Positions 1 to 10,000 of a stretch of 64,000 nucleotides of DNA are shown here, in pieces. The translations under genes and the position numbers were made by a program. The number at the start of each line of letters is the position of its first letter. Within the stretch, counting starts at the first letter, position 1. The notes under the pieces are model-generated. The model saw nothing but the letters and a program-made list of their open reading frames with translations. It was not told the DNA's origin and ran no database searches. The stretch comes from Candidatus Latescibacterota bacterium. Its GTDB lineage: Bacteria; Latescibacterota; UBA2968. The stretch is from positions 6,208,001 through 6,272,000 of the forward strand of contig OZ241986.1 in NCBI GenBank assembly GCA_965204375.1, given 5' to 3'.

Positions 1-61
1 GACCGTTGGGTTTTCCAATGCCCATCCCGACGACACATACGCGGACTTTTTTTTCTGGCAT
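1..61 (-). CDS. N-terminus of a Gfo/Idh/MocA-type oxidoreductase (runs off the window)
   Basis: Reverse strand reads MPEKKVRVCVVGMGIGKPNG, a Rossmann-fold start, with an AGGAG RBS upstream. Confidence 0.6.
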   Translation of the reverse strand, partial: MPEKKVRVCVVGMGIGKPNG

Positions 62-156
62 GATGCACTCCTGTTGTTAAATTGGGTTGGTTGTGAAAAT
101 GCGTCCTGTATTATGCAAAAAAAAGAGGAATTTACCAATATAATTTCACGGAAAGG

Positions 157-1290
157 ATGTGTGTTATGCTTACTATAGAAGGTTGCCGCAGCAGGCAGCA
201 GCGTTTTCGAGCGCGTCTCTCCGAGGAGGGGATTGATGCGGTTATTATTACAGATTATCGGGATATCTACTATTTGACCGGCGTGCTCTTGGGGGCATAT
301 CCATCATTTTCTTTTCCCGCGCTTCTGTATTTGGAGACCGATGGGGGATCGTGGCTGGCGTCAACGACCGACGAAGGGGATGTGGCTGTAGATGAGCGCG
401 TGGTGTACGATTCGCATGTGCTCTATACGATGAATCCCGATCCGATGCGTTTGCTGAATGCGGCTGTGGCGCAGAAGCTCCGCGATTGCCGGGGTATTTC
501 TCGTTTGGGCTGGCAGCAGGAAGCCACGCCCAAGTTGCTCGCCGATACAGTGGCAGATGCTCTGGGTGGCGAATGGGTGGGGATAGACGATTTGCTGATT
601 GCACAGCAGATGAGAAAGGATGCCGATGAAGTTGCGATGTTGCAAAAGGCGATTGATATTAATCTGCGGGCTTATGACCGCGTGCAAGAGGTGATTGCGC
701 CGGGTGTAAATGAGCTGGATGTGCTCGCGGCGGGGCAACAGGTGGCGCTGCATGCAGCGGGTGAGGTGCTGCACCACGGGGGCGATTACCAGTGCGGGCA
801 ATTGGGCGGGCCTGCCAGAGACCGGATTATTGAAGATGGGGAGTTGTATGTTATCGACGCGCAGACAGAATATCACGGGTACTGGTCCGATCTGTGCCGC
901 ACGTTTGCCGTGGGCGATCCCACAGATTTGCAGGCGTCGGTGTACGATCTTTTGAAAGCTATTTTAGAGGATGTTCCCAATCTGGTAAGACCCGGTGGAC
1001 GGGGAACCGCACTGTGGCACGCGATTGATGAGAGCATCCGCGAGCATCCGCATCTGTCCGATATTGGGCTGATTCATCACGCGGGGCACGGCGTGGGGAT
1101 TCGCGCACACGAGCCGCCCGATTTGAATCGGGACCGGGAAGGTATTTTTGAGGTGGGTACGGTTTTTTCCTGCGAACCGGGTGCGTATAGCGAGGCTCTG
1201 AACGGGGGTATCCGGTTGGAGAATACGTTTTTGGTGACGGAAGGCGGGGTGCAAAATTTGACGGATTATCCGCTGGTGTTGAAGAAGTAA
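157..1290 (+). CDS. Xaa-Pro peptidase, M24 family
   Basis: Creatinase-like N-domain; GYWSDLCRTF, HHAGHGVG..HE, EPG.Y and GIRLEN metal-ligand motifs; start may be 166. Confidence 0.9.
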   Translation: MCVMLTIEGCRSRQQRFRARLSEEGIDAVIITDYRDIYYLTGVLLGAYPSFSFPALLYLETDGGSWLASTTDEGDVAVDERVVYDSHVLYTMNPDPMRLLNAAVAQKLRDCRGISRLGWQQEATPKLLADTVADALGGEWVGIDDLLIAQQMRKDADEVAMLQKAIDINLRAYDRVQEVIAPGVNELDVLAAGQQVALHAAGEVLHHGGDYQCGQLGGPARDRIIEDGELYVIDAQTEYHGYWSDLCRTFAVGDPTDLQASVYDLLKAILEDVPNLVRPGGRGTALWHAIDESIREHPHLSDIGLIHHAGHGVGIRAHEPPDLNRDREGIFEVGTVFSCEPGAYSEALNGGIRLENTFLVTEGGVQNLTDYPLVLKK

Positions 1291-1323
1291 GAAGTGAGAA
1301 GTGAGAAGTGAGAAGTGTGAAGT
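1284..1323. repeat. Heptamer tandem repeat (GAAGTGA)n
   Basis: gaagtaa gaagtga gaagtga gaagtga gaagtgt gaagt; related run at 47609-47640. Confidence 0.85.
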
Positions 1324-1358
1324 CCACCCATACTCACCATCCCCTGGTCCCCAGCCCC

Positions 1359-2348
1359 TCAGAGTGCGAGTATTTTCCCTGTATCGGCGGCTTCGCATGC
1401 TTGCAGGCACAGGCGCGTGACTTTTATGGCTTCGTCGGGGCCGATGATGTGAGGTGCTTTGCCCGTGCGTTCACCGTGGAGGTTGACGAGGAAATTTTCT
1501 TCGGGTGGCAGGGGCAAGTTGCGGGGTGCTTCGCCCGAGCAAATCAGATGCGTGTGGTCGTCGATGACTTCGATGACGCCTTCTGATCCGGCGATTCGGA
1601 GGCGGTCGTCGCCGTGGGTAGGTGCTGTTGAGGGACGCAAATAATCGAGGTTGATCATTGCCGTGCCGCCATTGCTCAGGCGGAAGAGCATGCCGCCGTG
1701 GTCTTCGCAGCCGGGATAGTCGGGATGGGCGAGGTTGCCGTGAAGCGCGGCGACTTGTGTGTATTCTTGCCCGGTTGTCCAGCGCGTATAATCGACGGCG
1801 TGGATTGCGACCCAGGGGATTGTGCCGCCGTAGGTTTCTCGTTTTTTGAAAAAGTCCGGGCGGGTGCCAAAACGATAGGATTTTTGCGCGGTTGCCAGAA
1901 TGGGTTCGCCGATGAGGCCGTCCTGAACTGCCTGGTGTGTTGCGCGGAATGCGGGGGATAGTCTCAGGCCAAACATGGCGGTGAGGCGAACACCGCTGTT
2001 TTTGACCGCTGTTTCAAGGGTGTCGAGATCTTTCAGAGTGGTTGCTACGGGTTTTTCGCTGACGATGTCGATTCCGCGGTTTGCCGCGGCTATTGAGGCT
2101 TCGGCATTGAGGGAATACGGACGACAGATGCTGACGAGATCGATTTCTTCGGTGTCGAGCATGTGGTGATAGTCGTCATACAGGCGGGTGTGTGCGGTGA
2201 ATGCTGCGTGCGCTTTAATTTTGGCGAGGGTGTCGTCGGGATGTCCTTTGGCGCAGGCGATGAGTTGTGCGTCGGGGATGTGCGCGATGCCGTCGAGTAC
2301 CATGTTCTGATGTCCGTCGCTGCCGATTTGTGCAATTTTGAGTGGCAT
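1359..2348 (-). CDS. Gfo/Idh/MocA family oxidoreductase
   Basis: N-terminal Rossmann fold, EKP motif (SEKPVATT), GG..W.AIH.VD. Confidence 0.9.
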   Translation of the reverse strand: MPLKIAQIGSDGHQNMVLDGIAHIPDAQLIACAKGHPDDTLAKIKAHAAFTAHTRLYDDYHHMLDTEEIDLVSICRPYSLNAEASIAAANRGIDIVSEKPVATTLKDLDTLETAVKNSGVRLTAMFGLRLSPAFRATHQAVQDGLIGEPILATAQKSYRFGTRPDFFKKRETYGGTIPWVAIHAVDYTRWTTGQEYTQVAALHGNLAHPDYPGCEDHGGMLFRLSNGGTAMINLDYLRPSTAPTHGDDRLRIAGSEGVIEVIDDHTHLICSGEAPRNLPLPPEENFLVNLHGERTGKAPHIIGPDEAIKVTRLCLQACEAADTGKILAL

Positions 2349-2408
2349 GGGGGCCTTGCTCCTGTTGTTGAGGTTTGGATTTGATGGCTTTAATTAACGG
2401 AGGAATAA

Positions 2409-4328
2409 ATGCTTTCGCAAAAGTATTCGGAAGACGTGTTAAAAGATATTTTAATTCCGCGGGATGAGTGGCAGCCTTTTCCCACGGCGTTGATGCGCTA
2501 TGCGTGGGATGCGTTGCCAGAGCGCGTTCGGCAGGCGCAAATTGCGCGGGGAGAAGAACGCCTGAGTTTTGAATGGCCGGGCGTGCCCGCAGTGCGGTTT
2601 TTGGATTATGCGCGCAATGGGAATCGCTCGCGGTATGAGAGCTTGAGTTTTGGGCGACGTACGGTGCTGTCCGATCTGGTTCTGGCAGAGTGCGTGGAGG
2701 GCAAAGGCAGATTTTTGGATGATATTACCAATGGTATCTGGTGTATTTGCGAGGAGTCTTTTTGGGGCGTGCCCGCGCATATTGGCGTGCAAAAGGCGGG
2801 TAGTGGGTTGCCGGATACGGCTGAGCCGATTGTCGATCTGTTTGCCGCAGAGACGTCGGAATTGCTGGCGTGGACAGTTTATTTGCTCGGCGCACAACTC
2901 GACGCGATTTCGCCTTTGATTGTGCCGCGTATTGCGCGTGAGATGCAATATCGTATTTTGACGCCTTTGTTGGAGCGCGAAGATTTTGGCTGGATGGGGT
3001 ATTCGGGTGCGCGCGTGAACAATTGGAATCCGTGGATTGTGTCGAATTGGTTGACTTCTACTTTGTTGATGGAGACCGATGAGGCGCGTCGGGTTGCGTC
3101 GGTGTTTAAGGCGATGCAGACGGTGGATAATTTTATCGATCCGTATCCGAAAGACGGTGGGTGTGACGAGGGGCCGGGCTATTGGGGGCGGGCGGGGGCG
3201 TCGCTTTACGATTGTTTGGAGTGGCTTTACAGTGCAACGGGTGGGGCGATTGATGTGTACGATGAACCGCTCGTTCAGAATATTGGCAAGTTTATCTATC
3301 GGGTGCAGATTGCGGATCGATATTTTATCAATTTTGCCGATGCGTCGCCTGTGGTGATGCCGGCTTTTGCTGTTGTTTATGGCTATGGCAAGCGCATTGA
3401 GGATGACGCGATGGTGGCTCTCGGGGCGTGGTCTGCAAGACAACAGGGCGTTGCTGAGAAGGGTCTTTCGGAGTCTTTTGGGAGCATGGGGCGCGCATTG
3501 CCCGCGCTGTTTTCACTGAATGAGATTCTCGATGCAGAAGCCGCACAGCCGTTGCCGCGCGATGTGTTTTTGGATGAGATTGAGGTGTTTGTCGCACGCG
3601 ATCAAGGCGGATCAGCAGATGGATTTTTTGTGGGGGCAAAGGGCGGGCACAATGCCGAGAGTCACAATCACAATGACATCGGGCATGTGGTGGTCTATCT
3701 GGATGGTGAGCCAGTGCTTGTGGATGCGGGGGTCGAGACTTATACGGCTAAGACATTTAGCAGTGAGCGGTATGATATTTGGACGATGCAATCCCAATAT
3801 CACACGTTGCCGACGGTGAATGGACAGATGCAGATTCCCGGGCGGGTTTATTCCGAGGCGGGGATTGATTATCACTACGATATTGCCGCTCGAAATGTGT
3901 CGTATGCGGCGAGCGATGCGGATGCGACGTTTTCTCTGGATTTGGCGCAAGCCTATCCGCCGGAGGCTCAGATTGATTCTTGGATGCGGACGGTTGTTTT
4001 GCATCGCGGCGAGGGTGTGACGATTGCAGATCAATATGCGTTAAAAGCTGTGACGGGCGATGTTGTGATGAATGTGTTGACGGCGTGTGGCGTTGAGGAT
4101 CAGGGCGATGGGAAAATCGCGTTGAACGAGGCGGAATTGGCGGATGGACGCATGTCTGGCGCGGCGCATTTGCACTACGAGGCGGATGTGTTCGATGTGG
4201 CGGTTGAGGATGTGGCGATTGAAGATGCGCGATTGAAGACTGTTTGGGGCGATTTGTTGCGAAGAATCACGCTGACGGTTAAGAATCCTGAGCCGCGTGG
4301 CGGGTGGACGATTCGGGTGACGCGGTGA
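2409..4328 (+). CDS. Heparinase II/III-like polysaccharide lyase
   Basis: NNWNPW, DGGCDEGPGYW, NFADA, KGGHNAESHNHNDIG and QSQYH motifs. Confidence 0.85.
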   Translation: MLSQKYSEDVLKDILIPRDEWQPFPTALMRYAWDALPERVRQAQIARGEERLSFEWPGVPAVRFLDYARNGNRSRYESLSFGRRTVLSDLVLAECVEGKGRFLDDITNGIWCICEESFWGVPAHIGVQKAGSGLPDTAEPIVDLFAAETSELLAWTVYLLGAQLDAISPLIVPRIAREMQYRILTPLLEREDFGWMGYSGARVNNWNPWIVSNWLTSTLLMETDEARRVASVFKAMQTVDNFIDPYPKDGGCDEGPGYWGRAGASLYDCLEWLYSATGGAIDVYDEPLVQNIGKFIYRVQIADRYFINFADASPVVMPAFAVVYGYGKRIEDDAMVALGAWSARQQGVAEKGLSESFGSMGRALPALFSLNEILDAEAAQPLPRDVFLDEIEVFVARDQGGSADGFFVGAKGGHNAESHNHNDIGHVVVYLDGEPVLVDAGVETYTAKTFSSERYDIWTMQSQYHTLPTVNGQMQIPGRVYSEAGIDYHYDIAARNVSYAASDADATFSLDLAQAYPPEAQIDSWMRTVVLHRGEGVTIADQYALKAVTGDVVMNVLTACGVEDQGDGKIALNEAELADGRMSGAAHLHYEADVFDVAVEDVAIEDARLKTVWGDLLRRITLTVKNPEPRGGWTIRVTR

Positions 4329-4394
4329 TGTTGGATTTTAAAACTAAAAAGAGGAGCAATGTCATAGGGGCGTGCTCCTTTTTTTATTATCGGA

Positions 4395-5489
4395 CTATTC
4401 GATTAAGGCTTCGGAGATGGCGTCGTGAAATTCGGGGCGGAGATGGGCAATTTGATTGTTCTCGCGGGTGGGGTGTACGCGGTTGGTGAGGAGAATGACG
4501 CCGAGGTCTCGTATGGGATCTCCCCATACGGATGTGCCAGTGAAACCAAGGATGCCGAAGGCATGTTCGCTAAAGTAGCGGCCGCTCGAACTTGCGCCGG
4601 GTGAGACGGTGTCCCAGCCGAGTGCCCAGGTGCTGTTGGGCGCGATGTTGGCGCGTGTAGTGAATTGTGGAATGCTCCGTTTGGGAAAGGTACCTGCGCC
4701 GAGCCATGCGAGCAGGCATTTCGACAGGTCATGGGCTGTGGAAAACAGACCGGCGTGGGAGGCGATGCCGCCCATTGCGGCGGCGTTTTCATCGTGGACT
4801 TCACCGTGTACGAGGTGATCGCGCAAGTCGGAGCCATCTTCCGTGGGCGTAATGCGGTGTTTGAGATGGGGCGGTGGACAGTACCTTGTGTCGTTCATTT
4901 TGAGCGGTTCGAATATGTGCTGTTTGACGAGGTGATCCAGACGCTGGCCGCCGATGGTTTCGAGGATTTTTCCCAGGGTGAGAAAGCCCAGGTCGCTGTA
5001 CACAGTGTCTGTACCGGGTTCATAAATTAAGGGGTGTTGGCAGGCCGCGTTGAGCATGGCATCGCGGATGTCAATATCGTGTGCTGCGCTTTGGTTTTCG
5101 TACAGATGAACATGTGCGGGCAGGCCGCTGCAATGGGTGAGCAGATGCCGGATTGTGACACGGTCTTTGTTTTTTCCGGTGAAGGAGGGTACATAAAATT
5201 GCACGGGTGCGTCGAGGTTGAGGCGATCTTGATCGACAAATAACATGCAGAGCGTTGTTGTGGCTATGACTTTGGTGACGGAGGCGAGGTCGTAGAGGGT
5301 ATTGATTTGTACGGGTGTGGCGTTGGGTTGATAGGTGTGGTGGCCCACAGCCCAGCAGGTGACGATGCCCGCACGGCGCAGGACGAGACCGACAGCACCG
5401 GGGGTGGTGCGCGTATGCATGTGGCGTTGTAAGACCTGATGGGCGCGGTCGAGTTTTTGCGAATCAAAACCGAGTTGTTCGGGTGTCAT
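4395..5489 (-). CDS. Serine hydrolase, beta-lactamase class C / esterase family
   Basis: SxxK (LASVTK), LLTHCSGL, YSDLGF, GEVHDENA..MGG, GFTGT; start placed at MTPEQLGF after an AAGGAG RBS. Confidence 0.88.
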   Translation of the reverse strand: MTPEQLGFDSQKLDRAHQVLQRHMHTRTTPGAVGLVLRRAGIVTCWAVGHHTYQPNATPVQINTLYDLASVTKVIATTTLCMLFVDQDRLNLDAPVQFYVPSFTGKNKDRVTIRHLLTHCSGLPAHVHLYENQSAAHDIDIRDAMLNAACQHPLIYEPGTDTVYSDLGFLTLGKILETIGGQRLDHLVKQHIFEPLKMNDTRYCPPPHLKHRITPTEDGSDLRDHLVHGEVHDENAAAMGGIASHAGLFSTAHDLSKCLLAWLGAGTFPKRSIPQFTTRANIAPNSTWALGWDTVSPGASSSGRYFSEHAFGILGFTGTSVWGDPIRDLGVILLTNRVHPTRENNQIAHLRPEFHDAISEALIE

Positions 5490-5594
5490 TTGTGTCTCCT
5501 TGTTCTCAGCCTCTTGCACATCGCGTTTCTGTATTCTATATTGCTGAAAGTACGGGAGAAAAACAAAGGAAATTTGACAGGGGAAGGTCGTTTT

Positions 5595-6242
5595 ATGAGA
5601 TATCGACATATCTTTGGAGCAGGCGCATTTATCGCTTTGTTTTTTGCGATGTGTATGCCCGCTGAGGGACAGGTGAATGTGGAACGGCTCGAGAGCATTG
5701 CGCGACATGTGGCGCGGGCGGTTTTAGCAGAGGGGGATTCTCTGACGGCAGAGCAGGTTGCATGGGTCGAGCGCATGACCGCGCAATTGGCGGAGGATGC
5801 GGTGTTTCTCGATGAACAAAAACAGCGGTTGGAAGATGTGCGCATGGAAAGAGATGCATCGATTCGGAATATTGCGAGCCAGGTTGCGAAGGGGATCGCT
5901 GTTCTGATTGCTCTGCTGGTCTTGTGGGCGATTTTCCGTGTGATTCGAAGGGGAGTGGGTGCTGAGTCGGGAGAGGACCCTCTGGGGGTGTTGATTGCGA
6001 TGCGCACAGAAGCGCGGGCGCAGAAACTCGGCAAGGCACTTGTTGAAGAAAATTTGGCGTCGGGCGGAACAGTTGCGCCGAGTATCCGTTCAATTTATCG
6101 CAGGGAGGATGGGGTGCGAGAAGCTGCGGAGGCGATGGTTTTTTTGAAGACGACGCGGGCTCATCTCAGCGATTTGATGGATCGCGCAGAGGAATTAGGC
6201 GGGGGCAAGACGCCAGAACTGGTTGTGATACGTGAAGGGTGA
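5595..6242 (+). CDS. Signal peptide + TM helix + C-terminal CutA-like domain
   Basis: C-terminus AQKLGKALVEENLA..IRSIYR..EAMVFLKTT..PELV matches the CutA1 pattern; hydrophobic N-terminus and an internal TM segment. Confidence 0.7.
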   Translation: MRYRHIFGAGAFIALFFAMCMPAEGQVNVERLESIARHVARAVLAEGDSLTAEQVAWVERMTAQLAEDAVFLDEQKQRLEDVRMERDASIRNIASQVAKGIAVLIALLVLWAIFRVIRRGVGAESGEDPLGVLIAMRTEARAQKLGKALVEENLASGGTVAPSIRSIYRREDGVREAAEAMVFLKTTRAHLSDLMDRAEELGGGKTPELVVIREG

Positions 6243-6327
6243 GAGGGCCTCACACGAAGACATAAAGACACAAAGATATAAGCTATGAAATCTAAAAGAA
6301 ATACGCCCGTGAAAGGATACCGATAGT

Positions 6328-7005
6328 ATGTTAAGAGTCTGGATCGTCATTCTATTTGGGTTTTGTTCGGCTACATCCGTAGAGGCTGTAGATGAGGATG
6401 CCTCGCGTATTGCGCGCGATATGGTTCGCTCGCTGTACGGTTCCGAGCGCGTGAAGCCGTTGCCGCCCGTGACGAATGCACAGGTGCGCGTTATTGCGAG
6501 AAAGCTGGCTGCGGAGTCAGACGGGCGTTTTCAGCATGCGTTTTTTCAGGCGGAGGATCGCGAGCAAGGGGCGTTCTTTAGCGGACTGATGAAGCACGTT
6601 GTTATCGGGGTGATGATTTGTCTGGTGTTTTTTGTGGTGCATACGGTTGTGCGAAAGATCGATGCGGCGCGGCGCCTGGATAAAGCCGATCTCGATGTCA
6701 CAGTTCAAGGTGGGGTGAGAACTGCGCCTTGTATTCTGGCTCTTCCCATGCCATCTGATGCGGAGGCAAATCGCGTTGGGCACGCGCTTGTTGCCGAGCG
6801 GTTAGCCGCGCGGGCAGATGTTTTTTCGCAGTATTTTTTATCGCCAAATCGAGATGAAGGTGCCGTGCTGTTTGTGATGACTGTAAAAGGGTGCTTGAGG
6901 TCGCTGAAAAAACGGTTGGGGAATGTTTCTATGTCATTTTCCGTGTCGCACGGTCACAGGTCCTATTTGACGTGGATTGCCGATGCTGCTGATGGGAGGG
7001 GGTAG
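6328..7005 (+). CDS. Signal peptide + TM helix + degenerate CutA-like domain
   Basis: PSDAEANRVGHALVAERLAA and terminal GHRSYLTWIAD (CutA C-terminal helix); same architecture as the upstream gene. Confidence 0.62.
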   Translation: MLRVWIVILFGFCSATSVEAVDEDASRIARDMVRSLYGSERVKPLPPVTNAQVRVIARKLAAESDGRFQHAFFQAEDREQGAFFSGLMKHVVIGVMICLVFFVVHTVVRKIDAARRLDKADLDVTVQGGVRTAPCILALPMPSDAEANRVGHALVAERLAARADVFSQYFLSPNRDEGAVLFVMTVKGCLRSLKKRLGNVSMSFSVSHGHRSYLTWIADAADGRG

Positions 7006-7014
7006 GAGGCTGCT

Positions 7015-10000
7015 ATGTCATACCGTATTTCTTTTCTTATGCTGCTGACGCTGTTTGCGTGTAGCCAAAAGTCGCCTGAAGACGCGCCGCAATCCTATCC
7101 TCTGGAGACGGCGCGTATGGTGAGCCATGTGAGTGAGGGTGTGCTCGTATCGACTGATCCGATTCGCGTGCGCTTTGTGTCGCCTGTTATTGGCAAAAGT
7201 CAGGTTGGGCAGGTGTTGCGAACGCGCGTGTTTCGTTTTATGCCTTCTATTGACGGTTTGGCGACATGGGAAGATGAGCGTACGCTTGTTTTCAAGCCAA
7301 ATGCACCGCTGACGTTGCGTACGGTTTACAGTGGTGAGCTCAGCATGACCGATTTGTTTCCCCAGCACAAAGATCTGAAGCCGCTCGTCATCCAGTTTGA
7401 GATCGCGGGTCGGGAACTCGTCGCACTTGAGGCAGATTTTGAGTTACCCGATGCGAATGATCCGCAGCGTCTCGTTTTTAGCGGTCAGATTAGCTTTAAC
7501 GAACGCGCGGATTCTTCGGCTGTGAGCGATGCGGTGGCGTTGCGTTTGGGAGATCAGCGGCTTGCACTCCATTGGCGCGTGTTATCAGATGGCAAGACGC
7601 ACGATTTTACGAGTGCCGAGATCACGCGCACAAGAGAGGCCCAGGAACTCGCGATGCATATTGACCGAGCTGATCTGGAACTCTCGCAAGATTACGACAA
7701 TACATGGTCTCTTCCCCCTTTATCGGCATTTTCCGTTGTTGAGATTGAAAAAAACGCGGATAGAGACCGTCCGAGCGTAAGCATCATTTTTTCAGATGAT
7801 CTCGATTTTGGTCAGGATATCGCGGGGTTGATCACAGCCGATCCACCGAAACAGCTTCAGCTCAATGCGATTGGCAAGACAGTGAGTGTTGTGGGCGATT
7901 TTCAGCACGGACAGAGTTATGCGTTGACCGTACATCCGGGGATCCGCAGTCGCTGGGGCATCGCACTGGCTCAACCGCATACAGAGACGGTGGCTTTTGA
8001 CGATATCAAGCCCCGCATGCGTTTTGCGCGTGACGGTGTGTTTTTGCCCACTTCTGGCAATCGAAAAATCCGGTTTCAGACGGTCAATGTGTCGCGCGTT
8101 CACCTGAAAATAGATAAGGTTTTTGAATCGAATCTGGGGCAGTTCTTGCAGAATCAAAGAGTGGATGGGGCACGCGGTCGTACGCGAGGCGCTTATATGC
8201 GTCGCGTGGGCGTGACGGTGGCAGATACAACACTGGATATCGGCAGGGAAAAGAATGTTTGGTTGCAGCACGAACTCGATCTGAATGATCTGATTTCCAA
8301 AGACGAGAAGGGGCTTTATCTGATCGGTCTCACTTTTGGGGCAGAGGATATGCTCTACGGAGACCCTGTGGAAGCAGCAGAGGCGCGGCAACAGCGCAGG
8401 CGGTACCGCGGGGCTGCTTATTTGAACAATCCCTATTCGCGCGGTTATGTCTATCAGCACGGGCGCATCTATAAACCTGTGGTGGTCAGCGATATCGGTC
8501 TTACGCATCAAAAGACGCCTGATCGGCATCTCGTTTATGCCACTCATTTGGAAGATGCGCGCCCTTTGTCCGGTGTCACCGTAACCTTGCGCACATACCA
8601 GAATCAGGTTGTGGAACAGAAAGTTACGGATCGGAATGGTCTGGCGGATTTTAATTCTGTAAAATCAGATGTTTTTTATATCGAAGCCGAGAAAGACGGG
8701 CAGCGCAGTTTTATCAAACCAGGGGATATGACGTGGAATCTATCGACTTTTGACACGGGGGGACGAGACCCCGCACCCGATGGCATTCGGGCGTTTTTTT
8801 ACACGGAGCGCGGTGTTTATCGGCCCGGCGATGATATCCGCCTATCGGCGATTGTGCGAAATCACAACCACACGTTTCCCGATGGGCATCCGATCTCGCT
8901 CGCGTTTTACAATCCATTGGGACAGCGCGTGCTCACGCAGACCAATCGCGAGGGGAAAGATGGGTTTTATACTTTTGATCTATCGACTTCGGCCGATGCG
9001 CCAACGGGCAACTGGCGCGCTGAAATTGACGTGGGTAGCCGCAAGTTCAATCACAGGGTCAAAGTCGAAACCATTGTGCCTTTTCGCCTCAAGGTCTTTC
9101 TCGATCCGCAACTTGCAAAGCGGGATCGCGTGTTGAAAGCAGATCTGAGGAGTGCGTATTTATTTGGCAATCCAGCGGCGGGATTAAAAGCCAATGTCGA
9201 TGTTACGCTGCGCAGTTCTCCGCCTGTATTTCCCAGGTATGAGGGGTTTTCGTTTGTCAATCAGGCAGTTCAATTCAAGCCGATTACTGCCAATATTTTT
9301 ACGGGTGCTCTGGACGAGGAGGGCAAAGCCGCTTTGTCGTGGCAGTTTCCTTCTTTGAGCGAAGCACCTTCGCGCCTGTCAGCGATATTGCGCGCTCGCG
9401 TGCTCGAAAAAGGGGGGCGACCCAATAGCACAGCGCGTATGGTACACATCGATCCGTTTGAGGCTTATGTGGGGTTGCGAAAGCCAGACCTGGATTACGG
9501 TTTTACGCGCATCAATGCCTCTCTTGAAGTGCCCGTTGTTGCGGTGACGCCCGATGGCGAGGCCGCGCCTGGACGCACGTTGATGTATCGCGTTTTTCAC
9601 AATGAGAATTACTGGTGGTGGGAATACGATTCGAAGGATCAGTTTCGCCTGCGTTTTAAGCGGGATTTTAGTACGAAGAAGATTATCGAGACATCGATTA
9701 TTTCTCGTGATCGTCCGGTGCCGATTGCGTTTACACCCGAGGAAAAAGGAGAGTATTTGATCGAGGTGGAGGATGCAGGTGGGCATAAGGCGTCACTTTT
9801 TATTCGCGCGTATCTCTGGGGCAGTTTGCCCGCAAGTGGTCGAGATGCCGGCGCACTTGTTCTCAAGACAGACCGCGAAAATTACGCGCCGGGTGAAACG
9901 GGTGTGGTGTCTTTTCCCGTGCCCGATACGTCGTCTGTGCTGGTGACGGTGTCGCGCGGTGGAAATGTGGTGCATTCGCGGTGGCATGCGCCGAGCACGA

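Noticed and set aside
1284-1323. CRISPR array
   Set aside because: Heptamer tandem repeat without spacers; no cas genes or 25-45 bp repeat-spacer array seen anywhere in the window.
4395-5489. Bona fide beta-lactam resistance gene
   Set aside because: No signal peptide, and the motifs fit the esterase/amidase branch of the family; resistance cannot be inferred.
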